Shown here in pieces: positions 1 to 9,761 of a stretch of DNA of 50,303 bases. The first letter of the stretch is position 1. Each line of letters opens with the position of its first letter. The position numbers and the translations under genes were made by a program. A model generated the notes under the pieces. It saw only the letters and a program-made list of their open reading frames with translations, had not been told where the DNA came from and did not search any database. Source of the stretch: Bacillota bacterium (GTDB lineage Bacteria > Bacillota > SHA-98 > UBA4971); contig JAAYRV010000004.1 in assembly GCA_012518595.1 (NCBI GenBank), forward strand, positions 1-50,303, given 5' to 3'.

Positions 1-1
1 A

Positions 2-739
2 GTATTCGGACGTCCGGAAACACTGACAGATGTTCCCACCCACTACTGCCCTGGATGCACCCACGGCATTATCCACCGACTGATAGCGGAAGTCATCGAT
101 GAGCTCGGTGTTCGTGAGAAAACCATCGGAATCTCGCCTGTGGGATGTGCAGTATTGGCATATGACTATTTCAATTGTGATTTTGTTGAGGCTTCTCACG
201 GTAGGGCGCCTGCAGTAGCTACAGGAATCAAAAGAACCCTCCCTGATTCTGTCGTCTTCTGTTATCAGGGCGACGGAGACCTGGCCTCTATCGGAGCTTG
301 TGAAATAGTCCATGCTGCAACTCGCGGAGAGAAGATTACCGTAATCTTTGTAAATAATGCAATATACGGCATGACCGGCGGACAGATGGCGCCTACAACA
401 TTACCCGGACAGAAGACCACGACTTCTCCTTTTGGCAGAGATGTGGAAAGCGCAGGCCATCCCATAAGAGTCGCAGAGCTTCTGTCGTCATTGTCAGGCG
501 TGGCATACATGGCCCGAGTCTCAGCTACGAGTCCTGCCAATGTTATTAAAGCCAAACGTGCTGTTAGGAAAGCCTTCGAGACACAAATAGAGGGTAAAGG
601 GTTCAGTCTCGTGGAGTTTCTCTCCACCTGTCCAATTAACTGGGGTATGTCTCCGCTTGAAGCAATGAAATGGGTGGATGAGAAGATGAGTCTCTACTAC
701 CCGCTTGGAGACTACACTCGGGTTCCGGAGGTGGGCTAG
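2..739 (+). CDS. 2-oxoacid:ferredoxin oxidoreductase, beta (TPP-binding) subunit; 5' end outside window
   Basis: Frame is open from nt 2 ([27 protein letters not shown]...), upstream of the ORF-track Met at 140. Has the CPGC and YQGDGD thiamine-PP signatures of KorB/PorB-type subunits. Substrate cannot be assigned. Confidence 0.85.
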   Translation, partial: VFGRPETLTDVPTHYCPGCTHGIIHRLIAEVIDELGVREKTIGISPVGCAVLAYDYFNCDFVEASHGRAPAVATGIKRTLPDSVVFCYQGDGDLASIGACEIVHAATRGEKITVIFVNNAIYGMTGGQMAPTTLPGQKTTTSPFGRDVESAGHPIRVAELLSSLSGVAYMARVSATSPANVIKAKRAVRKAFETQIEGKGFSLVEFLSTCPINWGMSPLEAMKWVDEKMSLYYPLGDYTRVPEVG

Positions 740-741
740 TA

Positions 742-1320
742 ATGCAGGAACAGGTAATCTTTGCAGACTTCGGCGGACAGGGTGTTATGCTCATAGGACA
801 GCTGGTAACATACGCAGGAATGATGGAAGGTGCGAATGTGAGCTGGATGCCTTCATACGGTCCTGAGATGAGGGGCGGCACTGCAAACTGCCAAGTAGTG
901 GTATCCCCCAAAGAGGTATCATCTCCTCTCGTTACTGAGCCTACGAGTCTGATTGCCCTAAACAAGCCGTCCTTGGACAAATTCGCTCCTTGGGTTAGAA
1001 GAGGTGGGCTCATCATCTACAACTCTTCTCTTATTGAATTACCGCCTGAGAGGACGGACGTGAGGGTATTGGCTGTCCCTGCCAACAAGATTGCAAATGA
1101 GCTCGGGGATCTACGTATCGCTAACATGGTGGCACTCGGAGCCTACCTTGCCACAACCAGGGTGGTAGGTTCCGATACCGTGCTTGATGCCATGAAGAAA
1201 GTGCTGCCCGAGAGGCGCCACAACCTAATTCCCCTCAATCGGCAAGCGCTTGCGCGCGGTATTGAAATTGCCTCAATATGGCATTCACGGGATCAGGGGG
1301 AAGTCAGCGGGGCTGAATGA
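742..1320 (+). CDS. 2-oxoacid:ferredoxin oxidoreductase, gamma subunit
   Basis: FGGQGV...SYGPEMRGGTANC motif typical of gamma subunits. Starts 3 nt after the beta-subunit stop. Confidence 0.85.
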   Translation: MQEQVIFADFGGQGVMLIGQLVTYAGMMEGANVSWMPSYGPEMRGGTANCQVVVSPKEVSSPLVTEPTSLIALNKPSLDKFAPWVRRGGLIIYNSSLIELPPERTDVRVLAVPANKIANELGDLRIANMVALGAYLATTRVVGSDTVLDAMKKVLPERRHNLIPLNRQALARGIEIASIWHSRDQGEVSGAE

Positions 1321-1915
1321 GCTCCGCCGCTCTTGCCTGGGGAGTATCGATACCTATGTGGCCTCCGATACTCTCCCGCTTCTCCCCTTCAATCAGTATC
1401 TGGCAACGTGCAATTCCGGTGAACTCTGTAAGAGTATTGACTATAGATCCAACTAGCAGAGCTTCATTCCAGCTGCCTCCTACGAAGTTGGTTGCAATCT
1501 CTTCGCTGAAATCCGCAATTACCAGGTCTCCTTGTACTTCCAGGCTCCTTACCTGTGTGCCTTGGGGGACAGTCCTTTCCAGTCCGCTTTCAGGCCGGGG
1601 TCCTCTCACAAGAAGTTCCAATGCACCTCTCATGGGTTCCGTGCCTTTTGCCACTCTTTGCCGTACAGGGACTAAATGTGACTCAGTCGGTGTGCTTCTC
1701 ACATAATATACTGTTACCTCAGGACCCATCGCGGTTTCTTCCAGAGTCTCGATTTCCGCAACTCGTCTTGCGAGGGCGGCGAGGTCTTCGAACGCTCTGT
1801 CCAAGTCTCTCTCGATTGTAGTAATATCCCGCGATAGTCTTGTTGTGACACCTACTGACCATCCTGCCAAGACCAGCGCCACAAATATGGCTGCCCAAAT
1901 GTGCCATTTTTGCAC
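1304..1915 (-). CDS. gerM: GerMN-domain protein (GerM-like spore germination/sporulation lipoprotein-like)
   Basis: N-terminal TM helix followed by a GerMN-like region (GALELLVRGP..., GGSWNEALLVGSIVNTLTEF). GTG start with GAGGAGG 7 nt upstream. This is the only minus-strand gene, and it overlaps the preceding convergent gene by 17 nt. Confidence 0.7.
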   Translation of the reverse strand: MQKWHIWAAIFVALVLAGWSVGVTTRLSRDITTIERDLDRAFEDLAALARRVAEIETLEETAMGPEVTVYYVRSTPTESHLVPVRQRVAKGTEPMRGALELLVRGPRPESGLERTVPQGTQVRSLEVQGDLVIADFSEEIATNFVGGSWNEALLVGSIVNTLTEFTGIARCQILIEGEKRESIGGHIGIDTPQARAAELIQPR

Positions 1916-2112
1916 TGGAATTCCTCCTCAAATTATCAATGACTATGATATCCCGCATGTGGGAAACATATTCCGGACAAGTTTCGAGCCATACGGCTTT
2001 TCCACCCCTATTCATGACTATACGACAGGATATGTGATTTCCCTGCTAAAAACGCCATCAGTTGCGGCGGAAGCTTCTGCTTCAGGGCAGATCGAGAGGG
2101 GACTTTATCTAC

Positions 2113-3210
2113 ATGATAAGGGCAAGGCGAGGTTCTGTAACAAGAGTTACGAAGCTTTCTTCAGGGGCACTGGAGGCAGAAGTGGTATGTGAAGGGGTAT
2201 ACGGAGTAGCCATATGTTATCCTGAGCTAACAGGCCCTGTGACACCTGGTGATTCGGTAATCCTAAACACCGGCGCCGTTCATCTGGGACTCGGGACGGG
2301 AGGGTATCATTTCGTCATATGGGTGGAAGGAAGGGAAAGCCTGGGCGAGATTCGCGGTCCGGGGCACATAATCAAAGCGCGTTATACTCCGTTTCAGGTA
2401 CGTTGTCTCGCTGTTGAAGAAGAAAGCAGCGGGTATCAGAACACGCTTCAAGAATCTGCTTCCATCCGAGGTTTGCCTATTGTCGCTTGTGAACTACACA
2501 GTATGGTGGCACCTGTAGCAGCAGGCATAAAGGAGACTGCAGGCGATAAGGTGCAAGTTGCCTACGTAATGACGGATGGCGGAGCATTACCCCTTTCGTT
2601 CAGCAGATTGATATCAGACTTACGAGATAAGGCATTGATAGACACTGTCATCACTTGCGGTCATGCATTCGGGGGAGACTTCGAAGCTATTAATATCTAC
2701 TCAGCTTTGTGTGCGGCAAAAGAATGCGCAAATGCAGACGCGGTAGTTGTCGCTATGGGGCCTGGTCAGGCAGGAACAGGCACAAAATACGGGTTCTCCG
2801 GTATTGAACAAGGCCAGGCCATAAACGCAGCCTACTCCCTTGAAGGAACTCCCATTTTGGCGCCGAGAATCAGCTTCTCTGACCTCCGTAGAAGACATCA
2901 GGGAGTGAGCCATCATACCATGACTGTCTTAGAGAAAATAGTGTTAACTCGCTGTATAGTGGTTCTTCCTGAGATGCCGTGGGCTAAATGGAATCTCATA
3001 AGAGCCCGTTTCAATACGGAAAATCTAGACAGACGGCATATTATTATCACCGAATGTGGAGTGTCCGCTCTCCAAAGGCTTCAGCGTGACGAAATTGATG
3101 TTACTACGATGGGGCGGACCATCCAAGAAGACCCGGAGTTTTTTCTTGCTCCCGGAGCTGCCGGCGTCTACGCAGGGAAGCTTGCACTGGAGATGAGGGC
3201 CTGTGTTTAG
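2113..3210 (+). CDS. DUF3866 family protein
   Basis: MIRARRGSVT...AVHLGLGTGGYHFV pattern recalled from DUF3866 proteins of Firmicutes. I prefer the ATG at 2113 (GAGAGGGG upstream) over the ORF-track start at 2062. Confidence 0.65.
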   Translation: MIRARRGSVTRVTKLSSGALEAEVVCEGVYGVAICYPELTGPVTPGDSVILNTGAVHLGLGTGGYHFVIWVEGRESLGEIRGPGHIIKARYTPFQVRCLAVEEESSGYQNTLQESASIRGLPIVACELHSMVAPVAAGIKETAGDKVQVAYVMTDGGALPLSFSRLISDLRDKALIDTVITCGHAFGGDFEAINIYSALCAAKECANADAVVVAMGPGQAGTGTKYGFSGIEQGQAINAAYSLEGTPILAPRISFSDLRRRHQGVSHHTMTVLEKIVLTRCIVVLPEMPWAKWNLIRARFNTENLDRRHIIITECGVSALQRLQRDEIDVTTMGRTIQEDPEFFLAPGAAGVYAGKLALEMRACV

Positions 3211-3452
3211 CTGACGAGATCCAAGAAGGTCGCCAAGGGTTGCATAGGTCTTGCATAGACTTGAAAGAACTTCCAAGACTTCAGCGGGTTTTCCGTAGAT
3301 GTGAACGGAGTTCCTTGAGAATACAATGTCCATAAGAGGACATCCCTCCTTCCGTGGTGTATATGATATGTCGAAGCAGCCAAGGTTATTCCAGTTGGCC
3401 GGAAATCACGGAGACTTGGTAAAGCCGCTTAACAGTGCAGGAGGGAAGACCA

Positions 3453-3998
3453 TTGGATTATTGCGAACTACAGGAGAAGAAAGTGGAGTCAAATACGGTC
3501 TATCAAGGCAAGATAGTAAACCTCCACGTGGACCAGGTAGAATTGCCGTCAGGGAACATAAGGGTCCGGGAAGTAGTGGAACATCCTGGGAGCGCAGGTA
3601 TCATACCTATTGACAATGACGGGAAGGTAATACTAATAAGACAGTTCAGATATCCGGTAGGTGAAGTATTGTGGGAGATCCCTGCAGGCAAGCTGGATCC
3701 GGGAGAGAGTCCAAAAGATTGCGCCAGGCGTGAACTTGAGGAGGAAACATCCTATTTGGCCGGGCGCCTCGAGAAAATAGTGTCGTTCTACACCTCGCCG
3801 GGGTTTTCCAGTGAGATCCTGCATCTGTTCCTTGGGATGGATCTTACACCCGGAACAGGCCGACCGGACGAAGACGAAAATATAAAGACATATCGTCTGT
3901 CGCGGGAGGCTGTTGAAACGCTGATGGAAAACGGTGAAATTCGTGACGCTAAGACACTTCTGGCACTTGTCACGGTTATCTCAAGGGGGCTTTTCTAG
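3453..3998 (+). CDS. nudF: ADP-ribose pyrophosphatase (NUDIX hydrolase)
   Basis: Nudix box GKLDPGESPKDCARRELEEETSY. N-terminal VYQGKIVNLHVDQVELPSG is typical of ADPRase. TTG at 3453 lies 8 nt after AGGAGG; the alternative start is 3435. Confidence 0.8.
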   Translation: MDYCELQEKKVESNTVYQGKIVNLHVDQVELPSGNIRVREVVEHPGSAGIIPIDNDGKVILIRQFRYPVGEVLWEIPAGKLDPGESPKDCARRELEEETSYLAGRLEKIVSFYTSPGFSSEILHLFLGMDLTPGTGRPDEDENIKTYRLSREAVETLMENGEIRDAKTLLALVTVISRGLF

Positions 3999-5192
3999 TT
4001 GACTGAGTTCTATGTTGATTTACATGTTCATATAGGTGCTGACAGCCAAGGACGTCCCGTTAAAGTATCAGGTTCACGAAAACTGACATTTGAGAACATA
4101 GCTAAGGAATGCTTCTCGAGAAAAGGCGTGGACATAGTTGGGATTGTGGATGCAGCTGCTCCAGGAGTAATCAGTGACATAGAGCAGCTAATTGATTCAG
4201 GGGAGATGACTGAGATTCCAGGCGGGGGAATCGGGTATAGAGATCGCGTTGTCATCCTCTTAGCTTCCGAGGTAGAGACCTCAGAGGAAAACAGAGGGCA
4301 TTCCCATCACTTGATTCTCCTTAGGACTCTCGATACGGCGAAAGCCTTTTCTCGCAGCCTCCGAAGGTGTGTCTCTAACATATTCTTCAGTACGCCTGTT
4401 TGCGCAATGCCTGCCAGGGATCTCTATAGGATGGCCATGGACACAGGTGCGATTCCCTTTCCTGCCCATGCTTTTTCGCCACACAAGAGTATTTATGGGA
4501 ACTGTGTGAGAAGGCTTGATGATGCGTTCCCTCTTGAACTTCTGGATTCCATTTTTGCGCTTGAGTTGGGGCTTTCTGCTGATACAGACCTAGCTGATAC
4601 CATTTCTGAACTTAGCGAGTACACGTTTCTTTCTAATTCCGACGCTCATTCGCTGCCTAAGATCGGACGGGAATACAATGTCATGCTTCTTGAAAGCCCG
4701 TCCTTTGATGAGACGATTAAAGCCCTGAGACGGAAAGACGGTAGGCGGGTAGTGGCGAACTATGGATTAGATCCGAAACTTGGAAAATACCACAGGACCT
4801 ACTGTCCTCGGTGCAGCAGAACCTTTCAACATGAGTCCCCGCCGGTTCTTGTATGTCCTGAATGCAACAGTGCATCTGTCGTCCGAGGTGTTCTCGACAG
4901 AATCACGGATATCCAGGATTATTCTGCACCGAAACACCCTGCCCACAGGCCGCCCTACCGGTACCAAATCCCTTTGGAATTCGTCCCTGGGATAGGACCT
5001 AAGTCCATAGACAAGTTAATCTCTAAGTTCGGAAGCGAAATGGCGGTTCTGCACACTGCGCAGGAAGAGGAGTTGCGAGAGGCTGTGGGAAACAAGGCAG
5101 CCCGTTTGATAATCGAAGCACGTGAAGGGACCCTTCCCCTTGTTGCAGGCGGAGGAGGGCATTATGGTAAAGCGCTGATAAATGATGGTTGA
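3999..5192 (+). CDS. Endonuclease Q-like PHP-domain protein (TIGR00375-type)
   Basis: DLHVHIG PHP start; ELGLSADTDLAD, LSNSDAHS, GLDPKLGKYH; zinc ribbon CPRC...CPEC; C-terminal GGGGHYG. This matches my recalled archaeal/Bacillus EndoQ pattern. Confidence 0.7.
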   Translation: MTEFYVDLHVHIGADSQGRPVKVSGSRKLTFENIAKECFSRKGVDIVGIVDAAAPGVISDIEQLIDSGEMTEIPGGGIGYRDRVVILLASEVETSEENRGHSHHLILLRTLDTAKAFSRSLRRCVSNIFFSTPVCAMPARDLYRMAMDTGAIPFPAHAFSPHKSIYGNCVRRLDDAFPLELLDSIFALELGLSADTDLADTISELSEYTFLSNSDAHSLPKIGREYNVMLLESPSFDETIKALRRKDGRRVVANYGLDPKLGKYHRTYCPRCSRTFQHESPPVLVCPECNSASVVRGVLDRITDIQDYSAPKHPAHRPPYRYQIPLEFVPGIGPKSIDKLISKFGSEMAVLHTAQEEELREAVGNKAARLIIEAREGTLPLVAGGGGHYGKALINDG

Positions 5193-5260
5193 AAGGCTGT
5201 TGGTTTGACTCGAAGGTTGCTCAGGTTTGTGGCTGCCTGAACTATGTTTCAACACGTCGG

Positions 5261-5289
5261 GCATAACATGTAAAGGATGGACATACATA
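5261..5289 (+). promoter_or_regulatory. Candidate sigma-E-type promoter of spoIIM
   Basis: GCATAAC, 14-nt spacer, CATACATA, compared with the Bacillus consensus kmATATT-N14-CATACAmT. The match is partial. Confidence 0.35.
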
Positions 5290-5320
5290 TGAAAGGAGGT
5301 CGTTTGGAGGAGGGGCAGGA

Positions 5321-5959
5321 ATGCCTTTACAATTAGGCTCAAATCCGGTGTTAGGCGACTACATGAGGAAGCACATGCCGACATATGCGATTGTTATTGT
5401 AATGTTGCTGATGGGAGTCATCTTCGGCGCGCTGGCAGCAAAAATCCTTCCGGAAAGCCAAAAATCCGTGCTCGCCCAAGATCTTACCGGTTTCTTTCGA
5501 GGTTTTGGTGAAACGATGCAAGAGTCTGCTGTTTCAGCCTCGCGGCAAGGTTTTTACAGTAACCTTAAGACCGTTTTCATCGGGTGGCTCCTGGGCCTCT
5601 CTGTGATAGGTGCCCCGGGAATAGGTATTCTTATGTTCTTACGAGGCTTTATCATCGGATTTACAGTAGGATTCCTTGTCATACAGATGGCTGCCAGAGG
5701 AGTGCTGCTTGCGATTGTGTCTGTGCTCCCTCAAAACATCTTCATAATCCCCGCGCTGATTTTCTCCTGCGAATCTTCCTTGGCGTTTGCGGCGTCAATG
5801 ATCGAAGATCGCTTAAGGAGTAAGCGAGCACCTCTTTACCCTCAGTTTCTGCTCTCTTGCGTCACAATCATAGGAGCTGTGGCATTACTGGGTATTGCCT
5901 TCGTCGTTGAAGGCTTCATAACTCCGGTTTTCATAGAGCTGGTTTCCAGGTACATGTAA
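5321..5959 (+). CDS. spoIIM: Stage II sporulation protein M
   Basis: Polytopic membrane protein of SpoIIM length and pattern. Position upstream of xerD matches Bacillus. GGAGGAGGGG RBS. Confidence 0.8.
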   Translation: MPLQLGSNPVLGDYMRKHMPTYAIVIVMLLMGVIFGALAAKILPESQKSVLAQDLTGFFRGFGETMQESAVSASRQGFYSNLKTVFIGWLLGLSVIGAPGIGILMFLRGFIIGFTVGFLVIQMAARGVLLAIVSVLPQNIFIIPALIFSCESSLAFAASMIEDRLRSKRAPLYPQFLLSCVTIIGAVALLGIAFVVEGFITPVFIELVSRYM

Positions 5960-5988
5960 TTGCAGGCAGACGCAGGTCATGCTATACT
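5960..5988 (+). promoter_or_regulatory. Sigma-A-type promoter upstream of xerD
   Basis: TTGCAG, 17-nt spacer, TATACT. Confidence 0.55.
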
Positions 5989-6080
5989 GGTAAAAACAGC
6001 ATTTCCTGTAGACTAATGGTGCATGTGCCAGGTTAATGGCTGTTTAGTATTTCCGCTGTGTTTCATCGGGGGTAGACGGG

Positions 6081-7001
6081 TTGACGTGGATAGACGAATT
6101 CCTCGCGTATCTTAGTTGTGAGCGAGGCCTTGCCCAAAATACCATAGAGTCATATGGGAGAGATCTCAACCAGTTTGAGGAGTTTATCAATGACACTTAC
6201 GGTATTCAGTTGGAGGACGTAAGCGAAGATGTTATTTTGTCCTATATGAAAGCCATGAGAGATCAGGGGAAAGCGAACTCCAGTATTTCAAGGTCAATTT
6301 CCTCTATTCGGGGATTCTACGGTTTTGCCCGGCATGAAGGTCTAATGGAAGAGGATCCTACAACGAACATCTCGTCTCCTAAACAAGAAAAGACTTTACC
6401 CCAAGTTCTAAATGCCAAGGAAGTAGCTGTTCTCCTGGACGCCCCGTCAACTCACACTCCGTCGGGTATTCGAGACAAAGCTATGTTAGAAACGATGTAC
6501 GCCACGGGAATGCGAGTATCTGAACTGGTTTCACTGAATCTCGGGGATATTGACACCCATATGGGCTATGCCAAGTGTATGGGCAAAGGAGCCAAGGAGA
6601 GAATTATCCCTATGGGCAGTGTCGCTTGCCTATGGGTGGAGACTTATCTTAGGTCAGCAAGAGGCCAACTACTGCATGGCAGAAGAGAGAAAGCTCTGTT
6701 TGTGAATTGCCGTGGGAAGAGGCTTACCCGACAGGGTTTTTGGAAAATCATCAAGGGTTATGCAGGGAAGGCCGGTATCTCTAAAGACGTGACCCCCCAT
6801 ATTCTCCGTCATTGTTTTGCAACACATCTCTTGGAGAACGGCGCGGATTTGCGATCCGTCCAAGAAATGCTGGGGCATTCAGATATTGCTACTACAGAAA
6901 TATATACTCATCTTACCAGAGGAAAACTTAAGGAGATATATGACAGAACCCACCCACGCGCGGTGGGAGAAGAAGAGAGGGATCGACATGAGAGCCTATG
7001 A
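6081..7001 (+). CDS. xerD: Site-specific tyrosine recombinase XerD
   Basis: N-terminal FLAYLSCERGLAQNTIESYGRDL; catalytic-region motifs HILRHCFATHLLENGADLRSVQEMLGHSDIATTEIYTH. Confidence 0.9.
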   Translation: MTWIDEFLAYLSCERGLAQNTIESYGRDLNQFEEFINDTYGIQLEDVSEDVILSYMKAMRDQGKANSSISRSISSIRGFYGFARHEGLMEEDPTTNISSPKQEKTLPQVLNAKEVAVLLDAPSTHTPSGIRDKAMLETMYATGMRVSELVSLNLGDIDTHMGYAKCMGKGAKERIIPMGSVACLWVETYLRSARGQLLHGRREKALFVNCRGKRLTRQGFWKIIKGYAGKAGISKDVTPHILRHCFATHLLENGADLRSVQEMLGHSDIATTEIYTHLTRGKLKEIYDRTHPRAVGEEERDRHESL

Positions 7002-8298
7002 TATTATTCTAAAGAAGCGACGGGGTCATGAATTATCACCGGATGAAATAAACTCCATGATCAATGGGTTTACCTCCGGCGATATTCCGGACTATCAAAT
7101 GTCCGCTTGGTTAATGGCCGTCTTCTTCCGGGGAATGAGTGTTGAGGAAACATGTAATCTGACGATGGCTATGGCTCATTCCGGGGAAACCGTAGATCTC
7201 TCTCGCATTCACGGAGTAAAAGTTGACAAACACAGCACAGGCGGGGTAGGCGATAAGACTACTCTGGTTCTTGTGCCGCTTGTGGCAGCAGCCGGGGTTC
7301 CTGTAGCAAAGATGTCAGGCCGAGGGTTAGGCCATACAGGCGGTACCCTGGATAAACTCGAATCTATCCCCGGTTTTCGGGTTGACCTGTCCAAGGACGA
7401 ATTCATAGAAGCTGTTAACGCAACAGGGCTTGCTGTCATGGGCCAGACTGCATCTCTTGCGCCTGCTGACAAAAAGCTCTACGCGCTTCGGGATGTGACT
7501 GCTACGGTAGATAGCATACCATTAATAGCAGGTAGTGTGTGCAGCAAGAAACTGGCCTGCGGGGCTGACGCTATTGTCTTCGATGTGAAATGCGGCAAAG
7601 GCGCATTTATGAAATCAGAAGATGACGCCTTGCGCCTTGCTGAATTAATGGTGGGCATTGTAAAAGGGTCAGGGAGGAAAGGAGCGGCTATAGTCAGTGA
7701 TATGAATCAGCCTCTGGGATACGCTGTGGGCAATTCCCTTGAAGTCATAGAGGCAATTGACACCCTGCGAGGGGCAGGGCCCGAGGATCTCAGAGAACTG
7801 TGCCTATCCTTGGGGTCTCTCATGCTCACTCTGGCAGGCAAGGCTGAAAGCGCTGAGGAGGCCGGGTCAATCTTGGCGGATGTCTTGGACACCGGCGCTG
7901 CCCTGAACAAGTTTGCTGACCTTGTGTCCCATCAGGGCGGTGATGTAAGGGTTATTGAGGCTCCGGATAGTGTTCTGCCGTCTGCAAGGTGCTTGGAGGC
8001 GGTTCCGAGTGTTCAATCAGGCTACATAAGTGAAATTGACGCTGAGAAGATTGGAATAGCTTCCATGGTTCTGGGCGCCGGGCGCAAAACACAAGACGAC
8101 AGTATAGATCCTGCTGCCGGCATCATCCTTCTAAAGAAAATCGGAGACAAGGTGGAAGAGGGCGAACCGTTGGTGATGCTCCATACGAATAGATGGGACA
8201 CCCTTGAGTCCGCTGCGGATCTTGTAATGGCATCATATGAAGTCTCCCGGGATAAACCCGATATTCCTCAGCTTGTCAGAACGGTTATCCACGGCTGA
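6988..8298 (+). CDS. pdp: Pyrimidine-nucleoside phosphorylase
   Basis: MRAYDIILKKRRGHELSPDEI...DKHSTGGVGDKT signature. The ATG at 6988 overlaps the xerD end by 14 nt. The ORF-track extension to 6817 lies inside xerD. Confidence 0.9.
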   Translation: MRAYDIILKKRRGHELSPDEINSMINGFTSGDIPDYQMSAWLMAVFFRGMSVEETCNLTMAMAHSGETVDLSRIHGVKVDKHSTGGVGDKTTLVLVPLVAAAGVPVAKMSGRGLGHTGGTLDKLESIPGFRVDLSKDEFIEAVNATGLAVMGQTASLAPADKKLYALRDVTATVDSIPLIAGSVCSKKLACGADAIVFDVKCGKGAFMKSEDDALRLAELMVGIVKGSGRKGAAIVSDMNQPLGYAVGNSLEVIEAIDTLRGAGPEDLRELCLSLGSLMLTLAGKAESAEEAGSILADVLDTGAALNKFADLVSHQGGDVRVIEAPDSVLPSARCLEAVPSVQSGYISEIDAEKIGIASMVLGAGRKTQDDSIDPAAGIILLKKIGDKVEEGEPLVMLHTNRWDTLESAADLVMASYEVSRDKPDIPQLVRTVIHG

Positions 8299-8333
8299 AG
8301 GAACAGTTTAGATACTTTATGGACTCCCTTTTT

Positions 8334-8366
8334 CACGTGGGCGGGGTATATCGACCCGCCCACGTG
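8334..8366 (+). other. Perfect 12-bp GC-rich hairpin between pdp and dacF
   Basis: CACGTGGGCGGG, 9-nt loop, CCCGCCCACGTG. A T-run precedes the stem rather than following it. Confidence 0.5.
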
Positions 8367-8423
8367 AATATGTACGTGTACAGATGCGGATCCAGCGCGT
8401 GCTATGACAGGGAGGAAGTAAAA

Positions 8424-9632
8424 GTGGGCACAAGAAGTGTCGTAGCAAGGATATTCCTTGCCGGCGTCAGCGTCATTGTGACTTTATGGGTACTTATCGC
8501 CGGAATATATGAGCCGGCGTGGGCTGAAGCACAGAAGCAGGCGCTTGTGCCAAGTATTCCTATTACTGCTGAGTCTGCTTTGATCATGGAGTGCACCTCA
8601 GGAAGGATCCTGTTTGAGAAGAACCCTGACAAACGACTCCCTCCTGCCAGTATCACTAAGATCATGACAATGCTTTTGGTTATGGAGCAAGTATCCCTTG
8701 GTAAAGTCCGATTCAGTGATATGGTGGTCACCAGTGAGAGAGCTATGAGAATGGGTGGCTCTCAAATCTGGTTAGAAGTCGGGGAAGAAATGTCGTTAGA
8801 GGATCTTATGAAAGCAATTGCCATTGTTTCTGCGAATGATGCCAGCGTTGCAGTGGCAGAGCATATTGCCGGTAGTGAAGAAGCTTTTGTGGATATGATG
8901 AATAAGCGCGGACAGGAACTGGGGATGACAGGAACCAATTTTGTTAACGCCTCAGGGCTGCCTCATCCGGATCACTACTCAACTGCGAAGGATATTGCCC
9001 TTATGTCCAGGGCATTATTACGGTATCCTAAGGTGCATGAATGGTTTACCACTTGGATCGACTATGTTCGTGACGGAAAAAACATCCTTGTGAACACAAA
9101 CCGTCTCATCAAGTCGTATGAAGGTGTTGACGGGCTCAAAACCGGGTTTACGGAAGAAGCAGGTTATTGCCTTGCAGCGACCGCCGAGAAGGGCAGCCTC
9201 AGGTTAGTCTCTGTTGTACTCAAGGTCCCGGATTCAACCACCCGATTTAATGAAGCATCAGCTCTGCTTAATCTTGGATTCAGACACTTCGCCGGGGTTG
9301 AATTGGCCAAGGAAGGTCAGGTTATTGCTGAGGTAGAAGTCACCAGAGGCGTTGTGGATAAAGTGGACATAATTTGCAAAGACCGGTTAGTCGGTGTTGT
9401 GCCGCGAGGAGAAGAAGACAAGGTAAGACACGAAATTGCGCTGCCGAGGAAGGTTGACGCACCTGTGGCAAAAGGCCAGAAGATCGGTGAGATGCTTGCC
9501 GTAACGGAGGATGGCTCGAATTTGGGCAGGATTGACCTGATAGCTTCAGAAGAGGTAAAGAGGGGCAACATTCTTAGGGTAATTTTTCGCACTACTCAGA
9601 ATCTCCTCCGTGCCTTGTTTAAGAACAATTGA
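8424..9632 (+). CDS. dacF: D-alanyl-D-alanine carboxypeptidase (sporulation-type PBP5 family)
   Basis: SITK (SxxK) and SAND (SxN) motifs. Sits directly upstream of spoIIAA as dacF does in Bacillus. GTG at 8424 lies 8 nt after GGGAGG. Confidence 0.85.
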   Translation: MGTRSVVARIFLAGVSVIVTLWVLIAGIYEPAWAEAQKQALVPSIPITAESALIMECTSGRILFEKNPDKRLPPASITKIMTMLLVMEQVSLGKVRFSDMVVTSERAMRMGGSQIWLEVGEEMSLEDLMKAIAIVSANDASVAVAEHIAGSEEAFVDMMNKRGQELGMTGTNFVNASGLPHPDHYSTAKDIALMSRALLRYPKVHEWFTTWIDYVRDGKNILVNTNRLIKSYEGVDGLKTGFTEEAGYCLAATAEKGSLRLVSVVLKVPDSTTRFNEASALLNLGFRHFAGVELAKEGQVIAEVEVTRGVVDKVDIICKDRLVGVVPRGEEDKVRHEIALPRKVDAPVAKGQKIGEMLAVTEDGSNLGRIDLIASEEVKRGNILRVIFRTTQNLLRALFKNN

Positions 9633-9660
9633 GCATAAGCCTGTGAATCCGCGTCCTCCT

Positions 9661-9689
9661 ACAGCCTCACGAGGCTGTTTTTCTTTTTT
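9661..9689 (+). terminator. Rho-independent terminator after dacF
   Basis: ACAGCCT-cacg-AGGCTGT (7-bp stem) followed by TTTTCTTTTTT. Confidence 0.75.
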
Positions 9690-9700
9690 ATGAGTCAAAG

Positions 9701-9728
9701 GAGGACTAATTATTTGGCCGGAGAATAG
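9701..9728 (+). promoter_or_regulatory. Candidate sigma-H-type promoter of the spoIIA operon
   Basis: gAGGActa (9702-9705), 17 nt, GAAT (9723-9726). This fits the RnAGGAwww-N11-12-RnnGAATww spacing. Confidence 0.3.
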
Positions 9729-9761
9729 GAAGGGGACTGGACGAGAAAAGGAGGATTGTGA

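Noticed and set aside
3025-3333. 102-aa minus-strand ORF with a strong upstream SD-like sequence.
   Set aside because: About 60% of it overlaps the 3' end of the DUF3866 gene in antisense, and that part looks like junk sequence. No family is recognised.
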